A model generated the notes under the pieces. It was not told where the DNA came from. It did not search any database and worked only from the letters and a program-made list of their open reading frames with translations. DNA of 64,000 nucleotides from Sminthopsis crassicaudata (Eukaryota). The position numbers were made by a program, and so were the translations under genes. The first letter of the stretch is position 1, and each line of letters starts with the position of its first letter. The stretch spans positions 63,789,148-63,853,147 of the forward strand of contig NC_133621.1 in NCBI RefSeq assembly GCF_048593235.1, written 5' to 3'. Shown here one piece after another: positions 36,826-52,300 of this stretch.

Positions 36826-38524
36826 CTAAAAAACAAATAAAATGTCTGCTTTCATAAAATTTAAAAACCTTTCCCATTGATACCTGTATTTTCTCACAAG
36901 TTGAAGGTGAGCATCCAACAAAGTCAGCACAAAATAGTGGAAACAGGTTTAGACAAGGAATTAGGGAAGACCTGGATTCAAAGCCCATCTCTGACACCTA
37001 GTAATCATATAGAGGTGAGTCACCTTTTCTGAACCTTAGTTTCCTCAAATTGAAAATAGGATTAATAATCCCTATAGCACCTTTCTCATGGGCTTGTTGT
37101 GAGGATCAAATGGCATGTACCAACAAAAGATCAATCAACGAGTAATTAGAGTGTTCAGACTGGGTTATTGGGAGGGAAATAGAGATCAAGAGGAAGCAGA
37201 CTTGGGGGAGGGATAGGATTAACTCAGTTTGAGTCATGTAGATTTTGATGGGAATGGAATGATGACACTTGAGCTCAGGAGAAAAGCTAAGGTTGGAGAT
37301 ATAAATTTGGGCATTATCCATTTTTTTTTTCCTAATTAATGCCATGGGAATAGAAGAGGTTGATATGGTAGAGAATATTGAGTGAGGAGGGAAGAGGAAG
37401 AGGGATAGGAAAAGAAGTTTGGAGAAAGCCTGTGTTAAGGGGGCAGGAAGAAGATTGCTGAAACAAATTTTTTGCTTTTTATTTTTTATCCTCTCATGTT
37501 CTTCTGTGCATATGGCAATGTAGTTTTTCTTTTCTTATCCTGTATTTGTTTAAAATAAATAAGTAAAAAAGAAAAATGAAAATTAGATGTTTTTTAAAAT
37601 GGCATGGTTCTTTAAAAAGGATGAAACATAGGGAATCCTCATTAGGTGTCTTTGTTGCCAAATTCTATTTCAGAATATAGTCCTAAATTACTATCAAGGT
37701 TTTAGGTGGTAACATTTGCACTGAAAACTTCATTTTTCTAGATTTCCTTCTATAAACATACAAATCGGCATAATGCTTAAAGGCTTACTAGTGGGTAGGT
37801 CTGTAGAAGTCATCTTCTACTTAAGAAGTAAATGAACTATTATGGCTGTCTCTCTCTGCCAAATGGTTAGGAAGCATTACTTCTTGGAGGATGAGGAGGA
37901 GGAGCCCAGAATAGTTAAATCCTCAATATTTACTCTTTACATCTTCTCCACCCCCTTTAGAGGCAATTGATGTTAAGCAAACAGCTAGTAAGTGTCTGAG
38001 ATGGGATTTGGACTCAAGTCCTCCAGACTTTAGAGCTGGTGCTTTATCCACTGCACCCCCTAGCTTCCTCTAATCTTCATCTTTTAATCTATTTTTCTAA
38101 TCTGCCTTTAGAAATGCTAACAATGTCTCTCCCACCTTGCTCAATATAGCAATAAAGAACTTACCTTTTGCTACAATTTATTCCCTTCTAAATAACTACT
38201 CTTACTATTACTCTCCTCTGCTTATCTCTCTGAATGAGGACTCCATCATTTCCCCTTATTTCTTACTCTTTTCCATCATTCACAGATCAAAGAACATGAA
38301 TCAGAAGCTGCTTTCTCCTTCCCTACAAATCCTAATATCTTTAGTTTCAATACTCAAACGATTTAGGATCAAATGAGACTATTTATAAGGCATTTAGCAC
38401 AATGCCTAACACACAGTAGGTACTTAATAAAGGCTTCCTTCTTTCTTCTTTCCTCCTGAGGTTCTAATTAATCTTGAATAGAAATTTCAGAAGAACCTTT
38501 TTTGTTGGTTCTCCGCCTTTTAAG

Positions 38525-38745
38525 GGAAGCTAGGTGATATAGGGGATAGAATGCCAAGCCTAGAATCAGAAAGATTCATCCAGCTGTATGATCCTGGGCA
38601 AGTCACTTAATCCTGTTTGCCTCAGTTTCCTCATCTATAAAATGAGCTGGAGAAGGAAATGCAAGCCACTCCAGTATCTTTGCAAAGAAAATTCCAAGTG
38701 GGATCACAAAAAGTCAGACACAACCAAAAAATTACTAAACAACAA
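38525..38745 (+). mobile_element. MAR1-like SINE
   Basis: CORE plus RTE tail ending aaacaacaac. Confidence 0.75.
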
Positions 38746-41700
38746 CTGCCTTCTATCTTTTTCCTCTTCATTCTCAAAACAGTACTACTTTAGAGTGGTG
38801 GCTGGTGGCTTAGTGAATGGAGTGCTAGGCCTGAACTTAGGAAGACCTAAATAAATACTTACTAGTTGCATTATCCTGGCTGAACAAGTCATTTAACTTC
38901 TGTATACCTCAGTTTCCCCAACTGTAAAATGGGAATAATACTAGACATACCTTGTAGGGTTGTTGCAAGGATCAAATGAGATAAAATTTGTAGAACACAT
39001 TGAGCATAGTGCTTAGCACATAGTAGGTGTTATGTACATGATTATTCCCTACCTCCCCACTTAAAAATTCATTGATTTTAGCACAAAGCTCCAAATCTTA
39101 CACTGATTCCTACTTCTCTTCTTAGCTTGGCCTGGTAGTCAAAAAAAAAAAAAAAAAAAAAAAGAATGTTCTAAAAGTCATTTTTCCTGGTTTATTTGGG
39201 TAGCCTTGGCCAAATAACTCAGTGTCTCTGGGTCTTAATTTCTTCCTCTGGAGAATCAGACATTTACACCAGATGACCTTTATGGTGTCCCTTCCAACTC
39301 CAATGTTCCCTATGAATATTGTTCAACCACCACATGACTTATATAGCTCAATTACCCTTGAGCAATTAGCCCTAACTACTCTGTTATTCCCAAACATTCT
39401 TCCCTCTTACAATCTATCCATTTCATTCTCTACCATTTTACCTTTCAAAAAGACTGAAAAATCTTCTACTTGTCTTGGGCCAAATTAATCCCCTCCTATC
39501 AGTTACAGCTCAAATTGCAAGACTTCTCTGGGTCTTGCACTAAACAGAATGCATTAAACACCTTAAATCCCTCCTAAAATAACAGCTACCAGTGTAGTGT
39601 GTATTTATACACACAGAGAAACATATACATTTATGTATGTAGACACATACACCTATGTCTACAGATATATATGCCTAAATATATATGTATACACCTACAT
39701 ATGCCTATGTCTGTAAATATACATATATACCTACATATACATTTATAGACATGCACAGGGACATTTATACATATGTCCATAGACACAATCTACATATAGA
39801 TGTAGTCTATAATACATATAGATGCACGTCTATGTCTGTAGACATGTTATATAAGTACTTTGTATAGCTAGCTATAGCTATGTATGCATACCTGTGAGCC
39901 TGTAACTATTCAATTAAAGGGACAATGTGTGTAGACTTATTTTGCCTGGTCCCAGAGAAAGAAAAATAAATACAAACAATTTTACACTCAATGAAAAGGG
40001 AACTCCCTCTTTTTTCCCTCTCCTGAACATTCCCAACAATTAAACTACCCAAAAGTAGAATGGCTGCCTCCAATGTTATGGGTTCCTCTTCCTTAGAGGC
40101 ATTCAAATGAAAGCCAGATGACCTATCATTGGGTATATTGAGGAGGGGGATCCTTTTACAGGTATAGGTTGTGCGAAATGGTCTGAGGTCTGTTCCAGCA
40201 CTAAACTTCTATGACATTGTGATTAGAAAGAGTGATGGATTAGCAAACAACTGAGCTTCATGTCCTGGCCCTACTGCTTACCAGTCAATTAATCTCTCTG
40301 AGCCATATTTTTCTCATCTCCACAGGTATGCTGAACAGATGACTTCTCTGCTCTATGATCCCTTCTGGTTCTAATATGCTGTAAATTGAGCCCTATTACA
40401 ATGTCCATTACAACAAAACCGTATGTAGAAAGAGATGTAATAACTCACTCATGTCATACAATGTTCAATCTCATTCTGACATGCTCCAGTTCTCTCCATG
40501 GATCTGTGATCTTGATGTGATTATTCCCTCCAACAGTGCAGCTCTAGACTGTCCATTCATGTCCCTCCCACTACCCAGTCATATCTCCCAAAGATTCACC
40601 AAAGGAGGTTCCTCTCAGTGTGTTTGGAGCTGTCACAAGTTCTCTGGTGCGGAACACAAAGACTTTCATTGATTATCCTTTGATCTTGCTTCATGATCAA
40701 CCCTTTTTTAATTCATATTTTTTATAATTCATAACTTTATAATTTTTTCATTTAGAATTTTTCAGATGACATGGCTTATACTCCACAACTCCTGTGTGAT
40801 TCCTCATTTGCAATGGACTAGAATCTGCTTATGACCACCACAGACTTCTAGGTGTGTCTATATGTATTATAGACCACATCTACATGTAGCTTGTCGCCAT
40901 ATATATATCCATGTCCATCACCTTTTCTGTGATTCTCAACTTCAGATCTTCAGAAACTAGAGCACGAATGGCTCACAACCTCCCAACATCACTAGATGAC
41001 AGGCTTTAGCTGGCACAGTGGATAGAGGGCTCAGCCTGGAGACAGAAGGAACTGATCTCAATTCTGGCCTCAGAAACTTACTAGTTATATTACCTGCGCA
41101 AATCACTTAATCTCTGTCTCAACAATAAAATGGGAATTATAATAACATCATAACTCCAGGGATATTATGAGAACCAAATGAGATAATACTTGTAAACCAA
41201 TTAGTATCATGTCTGGCACATGGTAGGAGATTAATAAGTGCTTGCTTCCTTCCCCGTTTCAAAATATTTTTGAACGTTGGTCTTAGGTTTCAGGAGGAAG
41301 CTCAGAGGCATTCAAAACACAAGACAATTTCTCAAAGCTTCTCCTGTTCAATTCTGGACCCACCTCATCGTTCCACCATAAAATAATTTTAGTAACACCT
41401 TGAAGTTTATTGTAATGGAATTTAATATTCTTTGTTCATCAGCATGATTGCTGCTTTTTTTTTTTCTTGAGACAATTGGAGTTAAGTGACTTGCCCAGGG
41501 TCACACAGGTAGGAAGTGTTAAGTGTCTGAGGCCAGATTTGCGTATGTCTTTTTTTAATGTTCTGTTATATATTCCCTAAAAAGCAATAGGGATAGCGGA
41601 TAGAGAACAGATCTTTGAATCAAGAATGAATGAAAAGGTTTTCATTAATAAAAAAAGTATTTGTCATGGGTTAGTCTCTACTCTCACTGAGCTCCCAATG

Positions 41701-42559
41701 TAATACAGGAAGACAACATATAAAAAAAATCCAATAGAAAAGCCCAGTGACCTTTTAAGTGTAGGCAAAAGAGACAGTAATGAATCTTTTTTTTTAGTGC
41801 CATTTCTATTTACCATTCAGTAATTCCGAGACTTTTGGTTGTAAGAATGTTGTTTTTTGATTCGTCAATAGCTATGACTCTTGAGGAGGGGAGGGATACA
41901 GAATCTTGAGAAACAATTGCCAGGTCTCTCATCTCTATAAGAGTTATCTCCCTGGACAATACTTGGGGGGCATGTAATGGTGATAATGTTGCTATTCCTA
42001 AGGCTCTTGGGCTTACCTGCTCATAGATGGCAGTTGAGCTTCCCTTCGTGGTGATGGAAATGTTCCTCTTGATGAGGGCTATTGATAAAACCCTAAGTAC
42101 AGATCCCGTTTCTGATACTTATCAACCATGTCACCTTAGGCAAGTTACTATGACTATGAGTCAGTTATGTAAATAAAATCTCTAAGACTCTACATTTCAG
42201 AGAAGATGCCAATCTGCTTCCTTCCCAGGAGCTCTCTCTCTACTAATGAAATCCAAGGTCTATCACAAACAAAAAAGGTAGGAGCAGGGAACTTAGTTCA
42301 TTTAACTTTTCATGGTGCTATCTTATCTTTAACACATTCAGTGCCTTCCTATTATACAAACTTTGTAAAGGCATGAGTCATCTGGGTAGGTTCATGGATT
42401 TAAATCTGGAAAAGATCTTAGAGACTAGTAAACCCAACCTCAATCTTGTGTAGATGGAGAAACTGGTGAACAGAGAGATTAAATGACTTGACCAGTGATT
42501 ACAAAGTTAAGATATATAAAGGAGAATTTGAACTCAATGGGAACTCTGTCCCATTATTA

Positions 42560-43140
42560 TTATTATTTTTCTATTTACAAACTTTTGACTTCTTCTACCT
42601 ATTGACCACAAACCATACTTCCTAATTTTTTGCCACCTTCCTCTGTACCCATTTTCATGTTGAGTTTCAAGGAATATTTTGACTTTTTTTAAAGGAAGAA
42701 TTGGTCAAGTTTTTCATAGGTTTTCTCTTCTTATTTATCCTCTTCAATGATGATTGGTACAAAAACTGCAATTTTTTTTCATTTTGCTTCTTTCTTATAT
42801 TTATTTTGGTCATAGTAAGGTCCAGTGAGCAGGTATACTAGGAAACAATGTTTCATAGAGTATTGGAATAGAAGGATGCCAGATCCTTCAGTTTCTTCAT
42901 TTCATTTCCATTTCTAAAGGGAGGGCCTGTGCAAGCTGGCCTTCCATTTGGCAAACATTCTTTTGTCTTCTGGTTTCATTTATTGTGAGAATGTCTATGC
43001 TGATGGTGCAGTCCTTCAAGGTGTGTGAACTAGCTGGCCACTGAACAAATATCACACATTAAAAATAACAACAGCTAAATGACGATTCTTAGTCAAAGTT
43101 CCTGATTTTCTTTTTCCATCATCCTGCCACTTCCATTGTA
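42560..43140 (-). mobile_element. RTE-clade LINE fragment, endonuclease region
   Basis: Minus-strand 42998-42966 translates as IDILTINETRR, an APE endonuclease motif of the RTE type (ID I.A..ETR). The reading frame is broken. Confidence 0.6.
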
Positions 43141-43544
43141 GAAGTGAGATGAAAAAGACTGCTTCAGATTTGACTGTTTGGAAATATGGTGGGTGATCAG
43201 AACAGAACCCACTTGGGAACAAAGCTGAGATTCAAAAAGCATTTATCAAGCATCTCTGAGGTCCAGGACACTGGGCTTTAGAGATATTTAGAGTTATGCA
43301 GAACAAGGGAGATGCCTAAGGTGGGGGCTGGCCAAATGCCCCAGTTTTCTAAGAGGAGAAGAAGGGAGACTTTGCAAACTAAAGGAGAATAAACTCTAAC
43401 CAGATTCTTGGCCTAATTCTAGAACAAATTCTTGCAGGAAAAATTTTGAGAACTTGGAGTGGTAATCATTACTACAAGGTCTCATGGTTAAGGACAAAAT
43501 TATACCAAGCTAAACTCATATCCATTAGTGGGATATGCATTATA

Positions 43545-43975
43545 CTGCTGTTGTTGTTGCTGTCCAGTAATTTCCAGTCATGTCTAACTCTTTGTTTCTT
43601 TTTCTTTTTTCTTTTTTTTTTTTTTTGAGGCTGGGGTTAAGTGACTTGCCCAGGGTCACACAGCCAGGAAGTGTTAAGTGTCTGAGCCAGATTTGAACTC
43701 CGGTCCTCCTGAATTCAAGACTGGTGCTCTATCCACTGCGCCATCTAGCTGCCCCTATGTCTAACTCTTTGTGACATCATTTGGGGTTTTCTTGGCAAAG
43801 AATGATTTGCCATTTCCTCTTCCAGTTTATTTTACAGATGAGGAAACTGAGGCAAATAGGGTTAAGTGACTTGTCCAAGATCACACAGCTAGTAAGTATC
43901 TGAAACCATGTTTGAATTCATGAAGATGAATCTTCCTGACCCCAGGTCCAGCATTTTATCCAATGTATTACCAAG
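43545..43975 (-). mobile_element. MAR1-like SINE split by a younger WSINE1 (43595-43756)
   Basis: Perfect 15-bp TSD atgtctaactctttg at 43580-43594 and 43757-43771. Confidence 0.9.
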
Positions 43976-44169
43976 CAATCCCAAAGTATTATGCTAGCTA
44001 TTATGAATATCCTGGTGGACAGTGTAGAGAAATGTGGCTCAGTTCAATGAGGTAGGTTCAGAACCAGAAGAATAACAAGACCCAAGATTATTTATTAAGA
44101 AGATTAATATCAACCTAGAAGTGTTTGAAGTTCTCTCTTTGATGAATTTGATGAATTCTCTTAGCTCTC

Positions 44170-46730
44170 AGCTCTATTAATAAGCTGAGAGAAAAAAATG
44201 GCATTTTTATTGATTTTTCAAATGACATGAAATTGGCAGAGATAATTGATGTGCCAGGTAATAAAATTGAGATTCCCCAAAGATCTGAATAGACTAGAAA
44301 AGCAGGCAAAATCTAATAAAGGTGAAACTGAACAGAACTCAACAAATGCGAACAGCATTACTTTCTGGAATAGATGTAAAGTTCTGCAGTTATATTAAAA
44401 ATAATCAATTACACCAACTGGGGATGATGGGGAAATTTTGATTTAACTCTGATTCATATGCACACAAAAGTCTTTGACATTCAAATTGACTCCAAAGTAA
44501 GTGTGAATCAAAAGTGTGACATGGCAACCAAAAAAAACCCTAATTCAATGTGAGGATGAATTCATAGAGTTATTGTGTCCCAGAATGAGGAAGGTAATAC
44601 TCCCACTGTATTTTTGTCTTTGAATATGTGTTTAGTTCTGGGCACCACATTTTAAAGGAATTGGCAGGTTTAATCTCATCCAAAGGCAACAAAAAATTTC
44701 ATTTTACAGGAAATTTGGTCATCTTGCATTGTAGTGTTCAGGATAAGTATCTGCAAAAATATCACCAAGAAACTATTTGCATTTTAACACTAATATCTGT
44801 GACAGAACAGCTGGAGATAAAGTAATTCTCTTAAGAATTTACAAAACACTCCAAATTAAACTGACATAAACTTTGATACTGTTTTCAAGGCAAAGGTGGC
44901 AAACTATGTTGGAAAATATATAAGGAAAACTGGCAAATTATGTTGGAAAATATGTTTCAGGAATAAAAAATGAGAAAAGCCAAAAGTTCGTAGACTACAC
45001 CAGAGCTTCATGCCTCTATAATATGAATACTTTCTTTGGGAAAACATTACAAATAGGCAATGAGATGGAAGAGAGTTGACATGCTCCCCTGTGGGAAACT
45101 ACACTTCTTTCAATGACCCTAAGATTTTCCTTGTTAAAAAGGTCCTTTTTTTTTTTTTTTAAACAATATTCTTTCAGTGATATCTCAAAGGGCAAATAAA
45201 GAAGCTCATGTTGTTTATAAGCAAGCTGCCATGTATTACTAAGAGAAATTGCATAGGAGAAGTGGGGATAAGATGCCAGCAGAAAAACACATGGTTATGA
45301 AAGCAGGTGAGCCAGACATAGGGAATGAAGGATAAGTGATAGGACCGCATATCCACATAATGCCCAGAGATTTAGAGCCCTTCGATTATTGATTGGGCCT
45401 CCAGTGATTAAATTTATTAGAGGATATCGACAAGAGTCTCAAAAGTGAAGAGCACTAGATAGGGTTGGGTTGTAATCTGCCACACCAGTGAAATCACAAA
45501 TACCTTAGCTAATGGACAGAAATATTTAATTATATGCAAGATATTGTTTCCAGGATTAACAACAAGATTTGCTCATAGATGAAAAAAAAATCCTCTTTAC
45601 CAACAGAGGATTAGAACTTAGTTTTTATTCACATGAAAATGACTAAGGGTTTTTCATTAACTGCAAGGTCAACATGAATCAAAATTATAACTTGGCAGCC
45701 AAAAAAGCTATCATGATTTTCGGCTGCATTTGTGAAAGAAGAGTATCTAGAATGAAAAAGGATCCTACCATGTATTTCCTTGGTCAAATACATCTAGAGT
45801 CAGGATTTACCTTAGTCAGACTACATTTGGAGGATAGTGTTTGCCCAAACCTGACTCAGACCAGCCCTTCTGTGATCCTGTTAATTCATGTTTCATTGGT
45901 AAGAAATGAGGTTCTCAGAAGTCATTTGCAGTTAAAGGAGGTTTACTTAGCCTTAGTGTAGGGATAATATTCAACAAGGCTACTCTGGCATTTAGCTTGG
46001 GTGGACTCCTGGTCTTCTCCATACAGTAACATCTGGTCAGTAGGATAGGGTGTGGTAACTTCTGATCTTGGGACATCTCTCAAGTCTGAAAGGTCCTAAC
46101 CTCTATTGGGTGGATATTTTAAATGCCCTTAGGTGACCAGGAAAACTGAGGTCAACGGAGGTATAGAGTGAGCCTTGGACCTTCACCAGTCAAGTTCTAA
46201 AAAAATGGCAACCCTTTTGAGAAAAAAAAATGTCTAATATGTTGTGGGGTGGGGAAGAACCCTAGTAGATATTGATTGATTTTAGAATATATGTCAGCAA
46301 GCTGGTACAGATCAAGTCAAAAGTAACCAGTGGACTTCAAACTAAATTATACAAGAATTGGTTGAAGTAGGACACTAAACTGCAAAAAAGGTTACTTCTG
46401 AGGATGGGAAAGGGGTGGGAACCATAACATTTAAATATAGGACCTGAGAAGCAGGATTAGATTTAACTTTTGGGGTTTAGAAGAAAGAGTATAAGTTACA
46501 GAAAACCAATTTTTAACTCAATGTAAAGATGAATTCCCTAATAACTAGAGCTATTTTTAAAAAAATTAACTACCTTGAGTTCCTTTATTCCTGGAGGCAT
46601 TCAAAAGCAAAAGCTAGATGACTAATTGATTAAGGAGGCTGGAGAAGGGAAGTTTCACTTCAGACAGACATTAGGCTAACTGATCTCCGAGATCTCTGAA
46701 ATCTCTAAGATCTCTAAGATCTTGAACTCT
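44170..46730 (+). mobile_element. Dispersed L3/CR1 fragments (~44170-44690, ~45670-45830, ~46420-46730; also ~43350-43525)
   Basis: NMNQNYNLAAKKAIMIFGCI (45671 onward) resembles the CR1 motif LNMSQQC..AAKKAN..LGCI. Similar motifs recur near 44480-44660. Confidence 0.7.
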
Positions 46731-47623
46731 AGGACTTTTTGAGTTTAATAAAAACACTGAAGGGATATTTCCAAGCTGATTTCACAAGATTTATTGAAGT
46801 CTAATCTGTTACTATGCTCATAATATCAACTAAATCAATATCTTATAATCTGAAATTCAGAGTGGACACCAGACCTGAATTTCTCTCTGATGCTTAACCC
46901 CAGATGCAAACAGTTAACCAAATGGTAGCTAAGTTAGAGAAATAAAATTTTCAAATACAGAATTTCTATTGAAGAAAGAAAACGTAACCAGCTTAACAAT
47001 AATAAAAATATTGATTCAAAGTTTTTACCTAGAACTTAGTATGGGGAACTCCTTCAGCATGTCATTATGATTTTCCTTAAAGCCTTTTTTACATAAAACA
47101 GGGCTCCAGAGTGAGTCTAGTGGTCTTTGAATTGGCATTTTCAAGTCAAATTCATAGTGTACAAAAACCCTATATTTTATAGTGACAGCTTAGAAGTCCC
47201 AGACTTTAGCTGGCAGAAAAAACTAGGTAATTTTCATGCTACTCTAATGGGGCTTCTTTGCATCCATCATATTGACACGATAATCATTGCAGTAAACCTA
47301 AAGAGTTAGCTTGGAAGTTGTCCATCTTATAATACACTAAAGCTAACAAACTTATTGTAGATTATTCAGCTGAAATATTTATCACCTGACTTCCATACAA
47401 TGGCATTTAATTCTAAATTTATGTATGGACTAATACAAATAGATTGATTTGGGCTTTAGTTAAATATTTTACCAGTTACCATGAAGCCTATGAACTGCCA
47501 ACTTTGCAAACATCTCTACAGAAGGAAGGGAGGGAGGAAGAGAGCCAGGGCTGGGGCAGGGGGAAGGAGGCAGAGGAAGGGAAGGAGAGAGGGAAAGAGG
47601 TAAAGAAGGAGAGAAGGTGAGGA

Positions 47624-48050
47624 NNNNNNNNNNNNNNNNNNNNNNNNNNNNNNNNNNNNNNNNNNNNNNNNNNNNNNNNNNNNNNNNNNNNNNNNNNNNN
47701 NNNNNNNNNNNNNNNNNNNNNNNNNNNNNNNNNNNNNNNNNNNNNNNNNNNNNNNNNNNNNNNNNNNNNNNNNNNNNNNNNNNNNNNNNNNNNNNNNNNN
47801 NNNNNNNNNNNNNNNNNNNNNNNNNNNNNNNNNNNNNNNNNNNNNNNNNNNNNNNNNNNNNNNNNNNNNNNNNNNNNNNNNNNNNNNNNNNNNNNNNNNN
47901 NNNNNNNNNNNNNNNNNNNNNNNNNNNNNNNNNNNNNNNNNNNNNNNNNNNNNNNNNNNNNNNNNNNNNNNNNNNNNNNNNNNNNNNNNNNNNNNNNNNN
48001 NNNNNNNNNNNNNNNNNNNNNNNNNNNNNNNNNNNNNNNNNNNNNNNNNN
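47624..48050. other. Assembly gap (N), preceded by a polypurine tract
   Basis: N run. Confidence 1.
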
Positions 48051-49134
48051 TGGTGAAGAAACCAAAATGGGACAGAGTTCAGGGTAAAACTTGAATCAAG
48101 TTGATTCCCTTTAACAAGAATTGTTACATGGATATGTCCTTCACTTATTGAAAAGATAGCAACATCCACTTTTTTGAAATCATTCTTAATATTTTTAAAA
48201 AAATTCCATGTGAAAAACTCATATTTTGAGCTTTCTAGTAAAAAGAAAAGAGTTGTAGCATTTCATTTTTGAGATATAATCTTGGAGTCTAATAGCACTA
48301 TACTTTAGGATCATTAGAAAAAAAATTAAGGAAGTGGGGGTTCACACCCACTTCCCTATGCTTTAATTTAATTCCTGTTCAAAAACACATTTATAAAAAT
48401 ACTGAGATCCTTAGTCTATCCCCACTTCTATCTCTCTCAAAAGCTTGCTTAAATCCCATTTTTTTGCACATTACTGATCGAGAAGCACTAAAAATTCTTT
48501 AGAATGGAGCTGAATAAATTAATTCCCACCCTTTCAGAGTTATCCTTTTATAAACTTTTATTTTATGAAAATTTCAGTCACCCATTATCTTGATCATGTA
48601 AAGGCAAATCAATTTTACTCCATAAAATGACTATTATTATTTTCTTTGGGAAAGGAAATTCTATTATTGTCCCTTTTCACATACACAATATAAACATGCA
48701 TATATGATTGCTTAAATTTAATTAAATAGTCAAAATAAGAAATAAAAATATTTCAGGCTAATAAAGCAAATGAGAGTATTACAAATATCACACCAATTAG
48801 GTCAGCCTGTTTATTCTAATGGGAGGGATAAAATGGAAAACTTAAGTTAATTGAGATGTTCAAGTCTGGTTTTGTTTTGTTGTGAGAGTATGGGTTTTGA
48901 TTTATTATCCTATTTCTGTCAGAGAGAGAGGCAGGCTGGCATTATGGATAGGACTCTTGGTCTGAGAGTCAGACATAAATTCAAATACAACCTCTGACAC
49001 ATTCTACTGTGAGACACTGAGTGAGCCACTTAACCTCTCAGTGGACCCAGATAATTCAGTAATTCCACTAAGTTATACAATTGTTCCTGATCTGTTTTGG
49101 TAGAGGTAGTTTCTTTGCTGAGGAGTTTTTTACA

Positions 49135-49346
49135 CAAGAGATACCAAACTCAAATAGAAAGGAGGCCATTAAACATACCTAAGGATTCCTGCTGGCTACA
49201 CATTGATATAGTTTTAAAATGTAATATTACCTGTTTCATTGTATTTTCATTTTCTTTGTTAAATGTTTCCCAATTACACATTAGTTGTTGCTATACCTGA
49301 CTATATTGTAGGACACCTGAATTCCTGATGGCAAGTTTGACACCTG
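49135..49346 (+). mobile_element. hAT-type MITE (MdoRep1-like)
   Basis: Ends caaactcaaatagaaa ... gtttgacacctg. It is homologous to 2054-2336. Confidence 0.7.
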
Positions 49347-52300
49347 TTTTACGTAATGACATTCACAGGTTCAAACAAACAAACAAAACCCAAAACAAAA
49401 GTTCAAAAAGTCATTATCGGATAAATTAAATATAATAATAGTATGTCTCCTAGGATTGTCATAAGTATTCAGTGAGATGTCATATAAAGTAGTTGTCTAC
49501 TCCTCTAATTATTATTTATTTTCTTCCATTTAAGTTTTAGTTTTTTTTCTTGTTAACTTCTAGGGAGAAAGACAATTCAATTGAAAAATGATTACTATTA
49601 TCCAAGAGTAGATAAAGTAGTCAAAACTGCTCCTCCTAAAAAGCCTGAGGACTTGAATTTTCTACTTTGAAAAACCTATTCAAAAGGTATGTGTAAATGT
49701 AAAACATATAACATTCTACAAGGCACTTAAGCAAAAGAATGAGCAGGCAAATTCACAGTCTGCTTATATCAGATACATAATGATAAGAAAGTGAAGACAT
49801 GCAAATAAAAGAAACTTCTTTAAATATGTATAGATATAGATAAATGTACATACACATCATATATACATATGTAGATATACACATTGGTATGTGTATATAT
49901 TTTATGTATTATGTGTATATATCCATACATCTATATCTATCTCTATAATTTCTATTTACTTCCACAGATTAAGATAATAAAATTCTTTTATATTTGGCCC
50001 TCTTTGCTATCAACAAACAAAGCCTTCACATGTTACTGAAAATGATAACTTTGATGGAATACTGCATTTGCAAATCCTGTACCATAGAATGTTTTTAAAA
50101 TGGGGACATCGTGAGTCAAATTTCCTCAGTTCATGTCATAGACATTTTAGAAAACAACTTTAGGAGTAAAATTACTTTTAGTCATTATTCTTTTAGGGTA
50201 AGCTTTTTAATGTTTTTGAGAGAGAAGGAAAATTGCTGCCTATAAACTAATTTAGTCACAGGGAGACCCCAAGACACTCTTTGTAATTTGGTCTCTGATT
50301 TACAAGAATTCAACTCGGCTTCATTGATCCCTGTACTACAAAGTACTTAAGTAATGATCTCCCTTTTTCAGTTCAAGATCTACTCTGGTTGCCCAGACGA
50401 TATATTTTCCTTGTGTAAACGTCCAAGGAATCTGTATTAGAAGTACTGCACCCAAATGATGTCAGTTTGGTTTAGACAGAGAGCCCGTCAGTTATTCTAA
50501 CTAAACTTTTATTTTCTCCACTTCAAAGTTCCTGAAACCAACTATATTAAACACACAATTTGTATATTATGAAACAGGTATTATTTATTGCCATAAATCA
50601 TGATTTCTGCTTCATTTAGAAACCCATGTGAGACATTCTGTGGCCTTCTCCATTTCAGTGCCAATTTTGATTTATTGGGGCTTACATGTAAGAAAAAGAA
50701 AAATGAACATCTTGAATGGAAAGGATTTTTCCTATAAATTAGCTATCATGACATTTACCCTAAAAAATGCTAGTAATGTGGATCTGAACCACCACATATG
50801 TGTGTCAAATTATTTTTACTCCTGATTAAAATGACAAATGCTTTGATTCCAGTTCCAATCAAAATATTTGACTGGGCCAACCAAACTTAAATATCCTCAC
50901 TAATAACAAATTGTAGCTTTAGTCACTGTTGAGTTGTTTTTTTTTTTTTTTTTTTTTTTTAAGGCTAAATAAAAACATAAGTTTTCTTCATTTACAACTT
51001 GAAAAATATACCAAATGTTGAAATATGGCTTTATTCAAAGTATTTTTGTGTGTTTGACTTAAACCAATGAAAATAAGCCAATGTACTGTTCTCATCACTG
51101 TCTAGCACCCTGACATCTCTAAAAGCAACTGTACTTTCAAAATAAATGGCACCTGTCATGCTAATATTTGATCATTTGGATTTGTTTTTGAAGCTGAGTA
51201 ATTTTCTGATTTGAAATATTTATTAAGAAACTGGAAAGGTCTAATTAAATTTATTGATACATATATCTTGTGATATATATGTGACCCCTTATTAATGTTT
51301 TCATCTAATATACAAAATTCTACCAAAAATAAATTCTTGCTAAAAGAACATTGCAAATGACCTTTTCTGTGTAGTTTTATTCCAAAAATATTGCTTCATA
51401 ACTCTCAAAAAATAGTATAAAATAGGATGCAAATCAAACTGCTGAATGTTTTTAGACTTATTCCTAAATACTTTAGAATATTACTTTTCATTTATCTTAT
51501 ATTTATTTCAGGCATTAATCCTTTAATTTTTTATTGGAAATCCAGAGCTTTAGAGACTTGTCTAGTATTCACAGATGCAAAACTGCCTTATTTCTGAGAT
51601 GTTACATGTCTTTTCCATTATCCTCTCTACCTCCTTCTACTTTTGATTATTTTAAACAAAGCTCATGGTACCATCTTGATTGGGAAAGACATTTCTACTA
51701 CTTTCTACATATGACAAGGTCACTCAAAAATATGAAAGGAATGTTAACAGAATCCTCCTTCCTCCAAACCAAAACAGCCTCTCATAGGAAACTTAGCAGT
51801 TCTCCTGTCCCTATCCTTTCCCACAACACACATGTACAAATTCTATAAACCAACTGTGGACCTACCATATGGGAAGTGGTCATACAGAAAATATACTACT
51901 GTATTATATGACAAAGAATTCTAAAATTCGAAATTCTTCTGCATGGGATTATTTCTATGTATAGCATGGATACAAAATTCTAAATCCTCATTTTATTATA
52001 CACTTCTATGAAGATCAGGGCCTCTTAAACTTTCTCTACTTGTGACCCCTTTTTGTCCAAGAAAATTTTACATAATCCTGAGTATTTGAAATAGATATAC
52101 AAGTCAAACATTTACTGATAACAAATCATGATTTCATGATCTCAACATTCAGTTATGAAATCCATGGACCCAGTGTAAGAAGCTGGGATGAAGATCCTTG
52201 CCTTTCTCCCCCTCCCCTGTCCTACTTTTCTTCCTTCTTCCATGCCTGTGAATATGTATGAAATACTCCCCATTCTTGATTTCTTAAGAGGGACATTATA

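Noticed and set aside
42560-43140. Processed pseudogene of a cellular gene
   Set aside because: The readable motif (IDILTINETRR) fits an RTE retrotransposon endonuclease better.
47469-48169. Long ORFs spanning N runs (also at 2.6, 8.2, 55.0 and 57.9 kb)
   Set aside because: They are artefacts of translating through gaps.
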